This document shows, in pieces, positions 20,844-29,944 of a DNA stretch of 64,000 nucleotides. Position 1 is the stretch's first letter. Each line of letters opens with the position of its first letter. This stretch comes from an uncultured archaeon (GTDB lineage Archaea; Asgardarchaeota; Lokiarchaeia; Sigyniarchaeales; SOKP01): positions 1 to 64,000 of the forward strand of contig CAZDTP010000002.1 in NCBI GenBank assembly GCA_964508365.1, in the 5' to 3' direction. A program made the position numbers and the translations under genes. The notes below the pieces were generated by a model. The model was not told the DNA's origin. It ran no database searches and saw only the letters and a list, made by a program, of their open reading frames with translations.

Positions 20844-22046
20844 TTATTGCTCGGCTCCCTCCAGCTTTTTATCTTCTTTTTTTTTAATATTGTTTCCTTT
20901 TTTATCTCTGTATTGTTTAATCCTGACGTACGCTAAAGGATGTTTTAATTTTTTTTTCTCTGATGGTTTACCATAGCCATATCCTTCTAAACACAGCATA
21001 TCTTTATATTTCTCTTTCATACAAAGAGTAATTGATTGTAAAGTAGAACACTGATATGGAGTGTATTTTTTTTTTTTTGCATATTCTACCTGATAAATTG
21101 TTTTTTCTCGATCGAAATCTGGTAAAGTGGAAAAAACATCTACAACCTTTTCAACTGGATATTCTAATGCGAGTAAAAACCAAACTATAAAAAGTCGTTC
21201 ATGATGTACTAAATTTTGTCCTTCCTCAGCTTTTTTTAAGATTTCTATTACACACGGAGGATAAAGCTTCAGAATATCTGTTTTCCCAGTGATATCGATT
21301 TTAAATGTAAAATCAAAATCTTCTTTTCTCTTTGTCCAAATACTATTGATTTTTTCATATAGCTCTTTAAATTCTTGATTTTTAAGTACTTCTTCAAGAA
21401 ATGATTTTAAAGAAGCTTTATCTTCCGTCTCTTCAATAATGATTTTATTTCTAACATACTCTTGTATCAAACGCATTAAATTTCTATTCTGAATATATAC
21501 ATAGCCATTTTGCAATGGATTATGGGCTAATTTTCTATATTCGTCCCTTAAATTTGAAGCAAGTTTAAGATAATCAATATAATAAATAGCAAAGTTAGTT
21601 ACTTGTTTTTCACGATTATCTTTTAACATTTTATTCCCAAATTGAATAGGAGGATTATAAAAATTAACTCTCAATTCCAAATCTAGACATATATAGTAAA
21701 GATCCGATTCGCTGTTATCTTTTTCCATCTTGCTATAAGCATTCTTTGAATACAAATTAGCGATTCTATTTGTTATTAACTTATTATTTAGGGCATAAAC
21801 TAAAATATTAAGTAAAATGTAAACATAGACAGTTAAATTATCCTCCTTCATTTTAGGGATATCTTCCAAATTATTAAAAGCAGATTCAAAGATTGTAAAA
21901 ACCCGTTCGGAGATTTGCTTACTATCGCTTTTTGAAAAAATATCAGTAATAAATTCAGAAGGTAGTTTATCAGCAATATCAGAATAATGAAGTTTTAAAG
22001 AAGGAAGCCAAGGATAACGGTTAATTAAATCATTTGGTATGCTCAA
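20844..22046 (-). CDS. priL: DNA primase large subunit
   Basis: RYPW, PPCV, HHERL, YxC..C..C Fe-S ligands; adjacent to priS. Confidence 0.92.
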   Translation of the reverse strand: MSIPNDLINRYPWLPSLKLHYSDIADKLPSEFITDIFSKSDSKQISERVFTIFESAFNNLEDIPKMKEDNLTVYVYILLNILVYALNNKLITNRIANLYSKNAYSKMEKDNSESDLYYICLDLELRVNFYNPPIQFGNKMLKDNREKQVTNFAIYYIDYLKLASNLRDEYRKLAHNPLQNGYVYIQNRNLMRLIQEYVRNKIIIEETEDKASLKSFLEEVLKNQEFKELYEKINSIWTKRKEDFDFTFKIDITGKTDILKLYPPCVIEILKKAEEGQNLVHHERLFIVWFLLALEYPVEKVVDVFSTLPDFDREKTIYQVEYAKKKKYTPYQCSTLQSITLCMKEKYKDMLCLEGYGYGKPSEKKKLKHPLAYVRIKQYRDKKGNNIKKKEDKKLEGAEQ

Positions 22047-22170
22047 AGCTTCTCTTACCCTACCTTTTAAATTGAAAATAAGTACATATAATTGATATTG
22101 GAGTTTTTTCGATTTAACCGCTATGAGTTAACTGGTTTATTATAGTTATGAAAAAATGGGATGAAAAATC

Positions 22171-22974
22171 TTAGAATTCATCCATATCGTCGTTTTCGTC
22201 AAATTCAGCTTCTTCAACCCGAGGAGCTAAAAAGTAGTTTAATTCACCGCCCTCTAATAGGTTGAATATCATTTTAAGAGGATGATCCGTTTTTAATGAA
22301 ATCTCTAACTTTTCGGTGATGGAAGCGATTTTTAATATTGCTTTTAGAAATGTTAGACTATAGGCACCTGTACTTGTTTCCTTAATATCGCTTTCTATCA
22401 GATCATCGACGCTTAAGTCGTATTGCATCTCTCCAATTTGTCCCGTAGAACTAAAGACTAATCCTTCGTTAGCAACCGCCTTCATGTTCAAAATTTCAGA
22501 ATATATTTCCGCGTCTTTAATGGCCTCTACTAGAAAGTCGGAATCGATCACCCAATTTGAAGGATATTCAATTTTTAACAGATTATCCATTGGAATTTCT
22601 TCTCTATCCAGATCGATCAATGCTAAACTAAATGTCCGTTTACGAGTGTTTCCTTCTCTTTGCATTGTGATTTTGATTTTTTGTTCTGATTCTTTAAAGT
22701 CAATCTCAATATTGTCATTCGTGGCACTTCTTTTGAGTATTTTATCCAAATCGTCCAAGTTTAAACCGATCTTTGATTCTTTACTACACTTGTAATCGTC
22801 AAAATTCTCTTTTTTAATCGACAATTTTAACAAGCAGATTCGACTTGGGTCCATTGCAGTAATGACAAATTCTTTAGGAGATACTTTGAATTCAGTCTCA
22901 TCGATGATGCTTGAAAGAGTTTCGACTATACCCTTTAATATCCTACTATTATCCAGCTTAAGTGTAAAGCTCAT
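22171..22974 (-). CDS. pcn: PCNA sliding clamp
   Basis: AMDPSRICL, KTDHPLKM.F, YFLAPRVE; acidic tail. Confidence 0.96.
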   Translation of the reverse strand: MSFTLKLDNSRILKGIVETLSSIIDETEFKVSPKEFVITAMDPSRICLLKLSIKKENFDDYKCSKESKIGLNLDDLDKILKRSATNDNIEIDFKESEQKIKITMQREGNTRKRTFSLALIDLDREEIPMDNLLKIEYPSNWVIDSDFLVEAIKDAEIYSEILNMKAVANEGLVFSSTGQIGEMQYDLSVDDLIESDIKETSTGAYSLTFLKAILKIASITEKLEISLKTDHPLKMIFNLLEGGELNYFLAPRVEEAEFDENDDMDEF

Positions 22975-23133
22975 TATTTATCAGCACTTTAATTGATTAC
23001 TAATTTATATTAATATAGTGTTATTGGCAATATTTATAAAATTCAGTATTATAGGTTTAATAAAACCTATTTGTAATTTTTGAATTAATTATTTATAGTC
23101 ACCTTAAATTTTTTAAACTATATAAATAAAAAA

Positions 23134-23469
23134 ATGCTTATAACTATGTCTCGTGAACCCGCAGTCCAGAGAATTATTCAAGAAATAAAAAGTTCCGATA
23201 GTCGTGTCCAAATAACCGGTTATATCAAGGACATCGTTGATAGTGACCATATAATTCTCAAAGATCAATCTGATGATATAAAAATTGACATTAGAAAAGT
23301 TGATTTTACTTTTTTAAAAGATGATTTAGTCAATGTTATTGGCGAATTAAACATCAACATGGAAGGTGAAAAGGAGATAGAAGCAGAAATTATACAGGAT
23401 AAAAAAAATCTGAACTTTGATTATTACTTGAAGTTGTACGAGATTAAAAAAGAACTGAAGTTAGTTTAA
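23134..23469 (+). CDS. Single OB-fold protein, RPA3/Rpa14-like
   Basis: REPAVQRIIQEI..D.RV.ITG, V.VIG, AEIIQD pattern resembles archaeal RPA small subunits. Confidence 0.78.
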   Translation: MLITMSREPAVQRIIQEIKSSDSRVQITGYIKDIVDSDHIILKDQSDDIKIDIRKVDFTFLKDDLVNVIGELNINMEGEKEIEAEIIQDKKNLNFDYYLKLYEIKKELKLV

Positions 23470-23650
23470 AGGCAAAAACAAACTTATTATCTTAAACGTA
23501 CTATAATCTTAATCCCTTAACTTAATCTGATTTAGTAGTTTATGCTATTTCTTGAAATGTTGATATGGATATTAAACTTAACGAAAAAGTTTATTAGATA
23601 CGCTTATTTTTAACTTTTAAGGAAAATTACTATATTCTAAAAATTTAAAA

Positions 23651-23989
23651 ATGGTTGAATTTTGCCCAGAATGCTCAAATCTTCTACGGAGACAAATTAT
23701 TAACGGAAACAAAACATTAGTCTGTAGATGCGGCTTTCAAAAGGAAATATCCCTAAATGCTCAAAAAATTAAAAAAGAAGCTAGATTGAAAAAAGAGGCT
23801 TTAGAAAATAATTTAATCATAGTTTCTCAAGAAGATAAAATTTCTGTTCACCCGATCGTAAAAAAATATTGTCCTAAATGCACCAGCAAAGAGGCTGAAG
23901 CTTGGCAAGAACAAACTCGAAGTGCTGACGAACCAAGTACTTCTTTTTTTAGGTGCATAGAGTGTAAACATACTTGGAGAGAATATTAA
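23651..23989 (+). CDS. tfs: Transcript cleavage factor TFS
   Basis: FCPEC Zn ribbon and C-terminal CPKC...QTRSADEP...RC..C..TWREY. Confidence 0.93.
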   Translation: MVEFCPECSNLLRRQIINGNKTLVCRCGFQKEISLNAQKIKKEARLKKEALENNLIIVSQEDKISVHPIVKKYCPKCTSKEAEAWQEQTRSADEPSTSFFRCIECKHTWREY

Positions 23990-24045
23990 AGTATTTGCTT
24001 ATTTTTTGCTTTTTCAATGAAAATTGGATGTGAACATTCTAATCT

Positions 24046-24067
24046 TCGTGAAAGAGTGGTTTCACGA
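24046..24067. terminator. Perfect 8-bp hairpin between convergent tfs and rps27e
   Basis: TCGTGAAA-gagtgg-TTTCACGA; T-tracts follow tfs at 24002-24014. Confidence 0.35.
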
Positions 24068-24105
24068 TCTGAAATATCTCTAGAAATTTAGCGCGTAGCT
24101 ATTTT

Positions 24106-24312
24106 TTAAGAAAGAACTTCTAAAATTTTGGTTAAAATTCGCGCTTTACCACCAGTAGATTGAAGCAGAGTCTTTCCACATACTAAACATTCTACATCTG
24201 TGGCAGAACAACCGAAAATTATTTGCTGGTTTCCACAATTTAAGCACTTAACTCTTAAAAACCTACTTTGGGGTTGGGGGATTAATTCACTATTTTTTTT
24301 TTTTTTTGGTAT
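24106..24312 (-). CDS. rps27e: 30S ribosomal protein S27e (missed by the ORF track; no in-frame ATG/GTG/TTG)
   Basis: Hand translation (I)[67 protein letters not shown]; directly after rpl44e. Confidence 0.92.
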   Translation of the reverse strand: MPKKKKNSELIPQPQSRFLRVKCLNCGNQQIIFGCSATDVECLVCGKTLLQSTGGKARILTKILEVLS

Positions 24313-24324
24313 GATATGACACCT

Positions 24325-24606
24325 TTAAACTTCTTGAAGTTCGAACTTTTTAACTCTATATGATTTAGCATACTGCTTTTTATTACACTCTGAGCATTCT
24401 AATATGGGTAATGATCGTTTATTGACCTTGGCATTCTTGTGAAAGATTTCTTTTGGAAAAGACCCGTAACCCCTTTTTTTTCTTTCTAATCTTCTTCTTC
24501 CGTGATTGAGCATTCGTTCTTTTCCTTTCTTATAAAGTGAAACATTGTGCTGAGTATGAGATCTGCATTTTGGACAATAACGATTTATTGTGCGAGGGTA
24601 TTTCAT
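24325..24606 (-). CDS. rpl44e: 50S ribosomal protein L44e (eL42)
   Basis: RYCPKC..HT.H.V, GYGSFPK, LECSEC. Confidence 0.95.
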   Translation of the reverse strand: MKYPRTINRYCPKCRSHTQHNVSLYKKGKERMLNHGRRRLERKKRGYGSFPKEIFHKNAKVNKRSLPILECSECNKKQYAKSYRVKKFELQEV

Positions 24607-24763
24607 TTTTCAAACAACTTCAATTTAGAGTTTAATTTAATAAGTTATTTATAAATTTTAAATTTTATTAGTACTCCTTTATTCTTAATTGGAATAGCAA
24701 AATTTAATAAAAAATAATTTAAATGGTATTTACATAATTTTATTAAAACTTTCATTTAGAATT

Positions 24764-25687
24764 ATGTCTTTTAAAGAGAAATTTAGAGAGGGTATCATAT
24801 CCGCAAAAGACTTTTCGCGAGAGGATATAGATTATATCTTAAGAAAAGCTAAGGGTATGATACATAACAAAAAGGACTCAGAAATCCTAAAGGGTAAGAT
24901 TTTAGCTGCTCTATTTTTTGAACCATCCACTCGAACTCGCTTGAGTTTTGAATCTGCGATGTATCGCTTAGGTGGAAATGTTATAGGATTTCATACTAGT
25001 GATGTTTCATCTATAAAAAAAGGAGAAAGTATAGCTGACACAATTCGTACTGTAGAAAATTACAGCGATGGTATCGTAATGAGACATAATTTAGAGGGAG
25101 CAGCCAGGTTGGCAGCAAAATTCGCAAAAATACCCGTCATAAATGCCGGTTCGGGAAGTGGCGAGCATCCGACTCAAGCACTATTAGATTTATTAACAAT
25201 TACTGAAGAGGGTCATAATTTAGACGATTTAAATATCGGAATAATGGGGGATCTGAAATATGGAAGGACGGTACATTCATTGTCCATAATGCTTTCAAAT
25301 TACGACGCAAATATCTATTTTATTAGCCCTAGAGACTTGATGTTGCGTAAAAGAGACAAGGACTTCTTACAACAACGACACGTAAAATACAAAGAAATAG
25401 AAAAATATAGAGATATATTACATATTTTAGATATTCTCTATGTCACGAGAATTCAGAAAGAAAGGTTTTCTGATATCGAAGAGTATGAAAGAGTTAAAGA
25501 TTTCTATGTATTCACGAAAAAGGATTTGGAAGAAACAAAAGACGTTTTCAAAATTATGCATCCTTTACCAAGGATTACAGAAATTTCACCTGAAATCGAT
25601 GGTTCTCCTAAATCGATTTATTTCAAACAAACTTATTATGGAATACCTATGAGAAAGGCGATCTTAGCAGAATTATTATCGGACTAA
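24764..25687 (+). CDS. pyrB: Aspartate carbamoyltransferase catalytic chain
   Basis: FEPSTRTRLSF, HPTQALLD, GDLKYGRTVHS, MHPLPR. Confidence 0.97.
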   Translation: MSFKEKFREGIISAKDFSREDIDYILRKAKGMIHNKKDSEILKGKILAALFFEPSTRTRLSFESAMYRLGGNVIGFHTSDVSSIKKGESIADTIRTVENYSDGIVMRHNLEGAARLAAKFAKIPVINAGSGSGEHPTQALLDLLTITEEGHNLDDLNIGIMGDLKYGRTVHSLSIMLSNYDANIYFISPRDLMLRKRDKDFLQQRHVKYKEIEKYRDILHILDILYVTRIQKERFSDIEEYERVKDFYVFTKKDLEETKDVFKIMHPLPRITEISPEIDGSPKSIYFKQTYYGIPMRKAILAELLSD

Positions 25688-25694
25688 TCTTACA

Positions 25695-27692
25695 TTATTC
25701 TATTTTTAATTGAAACATGTTTACTTTTGAAGAAGATAATTGTGCCATTAATTCTTCTATAGGATTGTTATTTACATTACATGTAAAAACACTACCTCCA
25801 TCAACAATACCTTCAAAATTTTTATATATTTGAACTTTTTTTTTTAATGATAATTTTGAATCCCTTCGTATCATATTTATACAATATTTGTTAGTGCCAT
25901 TGCCCATATGATCAATACTTCTACACCAATGTTTAGAGAGATAATCACCGTTATGAGGTTGAGTAAGGATATAGTTTTCGTTGTGGTCTCTATTAATTTC
26001 GTTAATTATATCTTTCATAAAAATTAATAAATTATAAGCAAACGATTCGCTGTTTTCTATCCTATCGATCTCCATACCGCAATGAGTTTTTATGGCTTCA
26101 TTTAATCCGAAAAAGCTAACCGATTTTAATGAGTTATCTATCCAACTAAGGGCATCTGGTTTAATGAAATCAGATATAATTCTATTCCATTGCTTTGAAG
26201 TAGATAACTTTTTATTTATTAACTCTTTTTTATGAGCAAAAAGTTCAAATACGGAACTAAGCTTATCTTGAACATTTTCAAAAAAAAGAGAATCATTCTG
26301 TTTAGAATTATCGGCAATTTTATGTAAATTTATTAAAATTTTATCTAAAACAACATTACTTTTGAGTTCTCCTTTAGTATTTTTCTTATTCACATTTATT
26401 AAAGTAGAATTTAGCAAGTTTAGTTTATTATTTAAAGAGAATATTATATCGTTAGAATGAGGTGAGTATATGGTTTTCCTTAAGAATTCATATCCAGACT
26501 TATTATTGAGCAGTGATGAGTAATCAAATAAAATCAGAGGACATGTAGGTCCATCATTCTGATCAATCTGATCAAATAATTTACCCAAAAAGTAAGGGAT
26601 AAATGGAATTTGAAAATTCAAGTTATTAAAATCTTTAAATTCATCTGAAGAAGAGATTTCTAAAGAGAGATGAGGCTTTTGGTCATAGATTCTATTTGAA
26701 TGATCCAAAACCTCTGAGTTAAGGAAATTAATAAGGGCTTCTGAACTCTCGTTGGAACTTATGCTCTTTAATAAAAAGTCTGAAAAATTACCTAGTAGAA
26801 TATCTTCAGACACATATGGCTTTATCTTACCCACCACATCAAAGAAGTTAGAACATAGTTTAATCAATTCAATTGAATTGTCTAATTTATTAATGTCCAC
26901 TAATTTCCGTTTTGAAAGATAAGATACGATTGAATTTGAGTCTAGATAGAAGCCCAATGGTCTTAAACTCCAGTAGTTTAAGTTCAGTAAAACTAATTCT
27001 CCAGACAAATACATGTCCGCTAAATTCTTTGGAAGCAAGTTTAGTAATAAATATTGCTCTGACACCTCTGATCCGAGTTTAAAAAGAAGCTGTTCGGGAT
27101 TAATTCTGTTATTATCAAAATATCTAGAAACCTCATAAGGAGGAGTACCTAATCGAGTCAACCTATGTCTTATCTCTTCTTGACCATTTTCCAATAGAAT
27201 TCCGTTTATATATTCCCTCATTAAAGGAGCTGTTAAATATTCTATATTCGTTTTAGATAAGCGTTCTTCCACTTCTTTTGAAATCTGTTTTGCTAAATGC
27301 GAATCCACTTGACCTTCCTTAATTAGATAATTTTCGATTTTACTCGAATCAAATGGTTCTTTTGAATATCTAGAGGTTCTTATCATTATTGTTTTGTTTT
27401 TATCATTTAGAATCTTTTCAATAGAGATAATATTCTTGAGAATCTGCCCACCCAAGGCACTCAAAACATATCCATCATCGGTGGTAGACATTAAATTGCT
27501 GTTTTTCAGCGCTTTTAAATGAAATGAAAAATTGACGGAATTTGGATTACTTCCTAAAACTTCTTTTTGAAGGATAGAATAGGGTAAAGGATTACTACTA
27601 AGACTTAATTTCTTTAAAATATCAATTCTTATCTTTTGACCTAATGTTTTAAGCTGCTTTTCTAAAACATCGTGATTTTTGTCGGAATTCAA
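25695..27692 (-). CDS. ArsR-type winged HTH + ATP-cone + degenerate class III RNR (NrdD)-like domain fusion
   Basis: N-terminal HTH (RIDIL...FSFHLKAL...Y.LS..G); ATP cone (IRTS...EPFD.SKI...LTAPLMRE); NrdD-like blocks; lacks MGCR and the C-terminal glycyl-radical domain. Confidence 0.82.
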   Translation of the reverse strand: MNSDKNHDVLEKQLKTLGQKIRIDILKKLSLSSNPLPYSILQKEVLGSNPNSVNFSFHLKALKNSNLMSTTDDGYVLSALGGQILKNIISIEKILNDKNKTIMIRTSRYSKEPFDSSKIENYLIKEGQVDSHLAKQISKEVEERLSKTNIEYLTAPLMREYINGILLENGQEEIRHRLTRLGTPPYEVSRYFDNNRINPEQLLFKLGSEVSEQYLLLNLLPKNLADMYLSGELVLLNLNYWSLRPLGFYLDSNSIVSYLSKRKLVDINKLDNSIELIKLCSNFFDVVGKIKPYVSEDILLGNFSDFLLKSISSNESSEALINFLNSEVLDHSNRIYDQKPHLSLEISSSDEFKDFNNLNFQIPFIPYFLGKLFDQIDQNDGPTCPLILFDYSSLLNNKSGYEFLRKTIYSPHSNDIIFSLNNKLNLLNSTLINVNKKNTKGELKSNVVLDKILINLHKIADNSKQNDSLFFENVQDKLSSVFELFAHKKELINKKLSTSKQWNRIISDFIKPDALSWIDNSLKSVSFFGLNEAIKTHCGMEIDRIENSESFAYNLLIFMKDIINEINRDHNENYILTQPHNGDYLSKHWCRSIDHMGNGTNKYCINMIRRDSKLSLKKKVQIYKNFEGIVDGGSVFTCNVNNNPIEELMAQLSSSKVNMFQLKIE

Positions 27693-28101
27693 TTTAAGTT
27701 TAAGTCGTCATAAAGAACATTAATTCTACTTAACTAAATAATATACTTAAGAGCTATATAATAATTAGGAATTTTGTTAACCCAAAGTAAGATTTGATAT
27801 ATGTGGGTGATATCGCACGATTTACTTCTTAGTTTTTTAAAAGTTCTTTTTTAATATTTTAAGTTATAAAGCGTATTCAATTAAATTAATTTCCTTTCAA
27901 AGATTTGAGTTCACATTTAATATATTGTTCCATTAGCTTAAAATAATTTAATCTAATTCTTTATTACATGAATTACCGATAAACTAAAATGAGATGGATT
28001 AAATTCATTATCTAGTCCAGTCAGTTTAATAACTAAAGTAGTTTAAGTAAACAAGAAAATTTATAGCGAGATTTGAATTAGGGTTCTAAATTAGATTTCC
28101 C

Positions 28102-28335
28102 TTAACGAGCAGAAACTGCTATTCTTTCAATTTCTTCCTTTCTTTTTATAGCCCTTGATTCTTGACTATCATCTGCTGCTAATATTAGTTCTTGAGCCAA
28201 ATTAGTTGCAAATTGTTTCTCGTTTGAATGTGATCTTGCGCCAATAGTTTGGATTAAATACTTAATCGCTAAATCTACTCGACGTTGTGGACATATATCT
28301 ACAGCGGATGCATAGCATATACCACCCATCGCTAT
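28102..28335 (-). pseudogene. Diverged duplicate of the 3' third of rps7 (75-codon open frame)
   Basis: 54/75 aa identical to the C-terminus of the rps7 at 28795-29022 (counted by hand). Confidence 0.9.
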
Positions 28336-28382
28336 TTTCCAAAAATATAAATATCAGTAATAACATAAATAGAGTAGTTTTT

Positions 28383-28780
28383 ATGAATTCAAAGAAAATC
28401 CGTAAAGTCATATTGAAAACTCTTTGGTCGCTTCGACTAAGTTTGAATTTAAGAACTCTTTTAAAGTTAGCTGTAAAAGAAGAATTAAGTAGGTTATATG
28501 ACCTTGGACTGAAGAAGGAATGGAATACGCTCTACCATCGATTTCATAAGTCTACTTTAGAATGTGGCATGGGGGCTGGTTGCGTTTCATTTCAAGAATT
28601 AAAAAAACAAGGATTCGATCCTCAAGATCGTCCAATCCCTCAGGATCTTGTCTGGTACCTTGGCTGGAAAAATGGTATTGCGAAAACTGTTTTGAAGTAA
28701 GTAAATTAGCTGAAATAACTCATAAGGATTTTGATGATCCTGTAACTAGAGAGTGGGTTAAAAAAGAGTTTGGAATTTAA
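28383..28780 (+). pseudogene. Frameshifted small Cys-motif protein (about 132 aa if one G is restored at about 28655)
   Basis: ORFs 28287..28700 and 28562..28780 join as ...PQDLVW/VPWLEKWYCENCF... if GTCTGGTACC was GTCTGGGTACC. Confidence 0.6.
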
Positions 28781-28794
28781 TTAGTAATAATAAT

Positions 28795-29412
28795 TTATCT
28801 AGCCGAAACGGAGATTCTTTCTATCTCGTCTTTTCGCTTTATCGCTTTAGATTCTTGAGAGTCTTGAGAAGCTAATGCTACCTCCTTAGAGATATTTTCA
28901 GCAAACGCTCTTTCGTTTGAGTGAGAATTTGAACCAATTGCTTGGACTAAATATTTGATTGCTAAATCTATTCGACGCTGTGGCGATACATCTACAGCAG
29001 ACGCGTAACTTATTCCACCCATAGCAATACGTGTCGTTTCTTCTCTAGGCGCGGAGTTACATATTGCGTCAATTAATACTTGAATTGGGTTTTCACCTGT
29101 GTTTAACTCCAATAAAGTAAATGCATTTTCTAGGTTTCTTAAAAGTTTACTTTTTTTGCCAGAACTATATGAACTTTTATGTCCTTTAATTTTACTACCT
29201 ATAAAACCGGGTGCTAATAATCTGTTTACAAAACGCTCAATAATAGATATTTTAGAAGTTTTCCAAAAGCGTTTATGCTCGTGTCTTCCTGCAGTATGAG
29301 GAATTATAACTGGTCTCAGATTAATATAGCTTTCCAAAGTCCAATCTTTAACTTCAATATTATCAAATGACCACTTGTTGAAGAGTTTAATATCTTTTTT
29401 CGCTTTGCTCAT
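28795..29412 (-). CDS. rps7: 30S ribosomal protein S7 (uS7)
   Basis: KLFNKW, PHTAGR, IIERFVN, ENPIQVL, APREE, AVDVSPQRR. Confidence 0.97.
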   Translation of the reverse strand: MSKAKKDIKLFNKWSFDNIEVKDWTLESYINLRPVIIPHTAGRHEHKRFWKTSKISIIERFVNRLLAPGFIGSKIKGHKSSYSSGKKSKLLRNLENAFTLLELNTGENPIQVLIDAICNSAPREETTRIAMGGISYASAVDVSPQRRIDLAIKYLVQAIGSNSHSNERAFAENISKEVALASQDSQESKAIKRKDEIERISVSAR

Positions 29413-29421
29413 AATTTAAAC

Positions 29422-29856
29422 CTATCTCATTGGTTTTTCTTTTCTGCCTGAGAGTAACGCTTGTAAGCTTACACCATTTACCATAACTACTCGCCATCGT
29501 ACACCAGGTAGATCACCTACTGCTCGGCCTTTAGCTCCCCCAATTCCTTCCACAATTACTCTATCATGTTCTTCGATGAAATTAAGGGCACCGTCTCCCG
29601 GAAGAAAAGCAGTGATACTTTTTCCATTCTTTTTTAGCTGAACCCTGACGCACTTTCGAATAGCAGAGTTAGGTTGTTTACTTTCTCTCCCTACTTTTTG
29701 AAGTACGATACCCAATGCTTGAGGAGATCCTTCCATAGGGTCAACTTTCTGTTTCAACTTAAGTTTCTTCCTTTTGTATTTAGTTTTACTCCATCTAAGC
29801 TTCTTTCTGTTATTTCTTAGTTTTCTAGCCGAATAGAGCCCTTTTGGCTTTGACAT
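29422..29856 (-). CDS. rps12: 30S ribosomal protein S12 (uS12)
   Basis: [24 protein letters not shown]. Confidence 0.98.
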   Translation of the reverse strand: MSKPKGLYSARKLRNNRKKLRWSKTKYKRKKLKLKQKVDPMEGSPQALGIVLQKVGRESKQPNSAIRKCVRVQLKKNGKSITAFLPGDGALNFIEEHDRVIVEGIGGAKGRAVGDLPGVRWRVVMVNGVSLQALLSGRKEKPMR

Positions 29857-29944
29857 AATAAAAATTTTTAAAATATTCCTTATTGAGATATACCTTAATA
29901 TCTTCCTTGAAACTTAAAATTTTTGAAATTAGTAAAATAGTGAC

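Noticed and set aside
28336-28794. Active mobile element between the rps7 copies
   Set aside because: There is no integrase or transposase, and no terminal inverted repeats are evident; at most it is a remnant.
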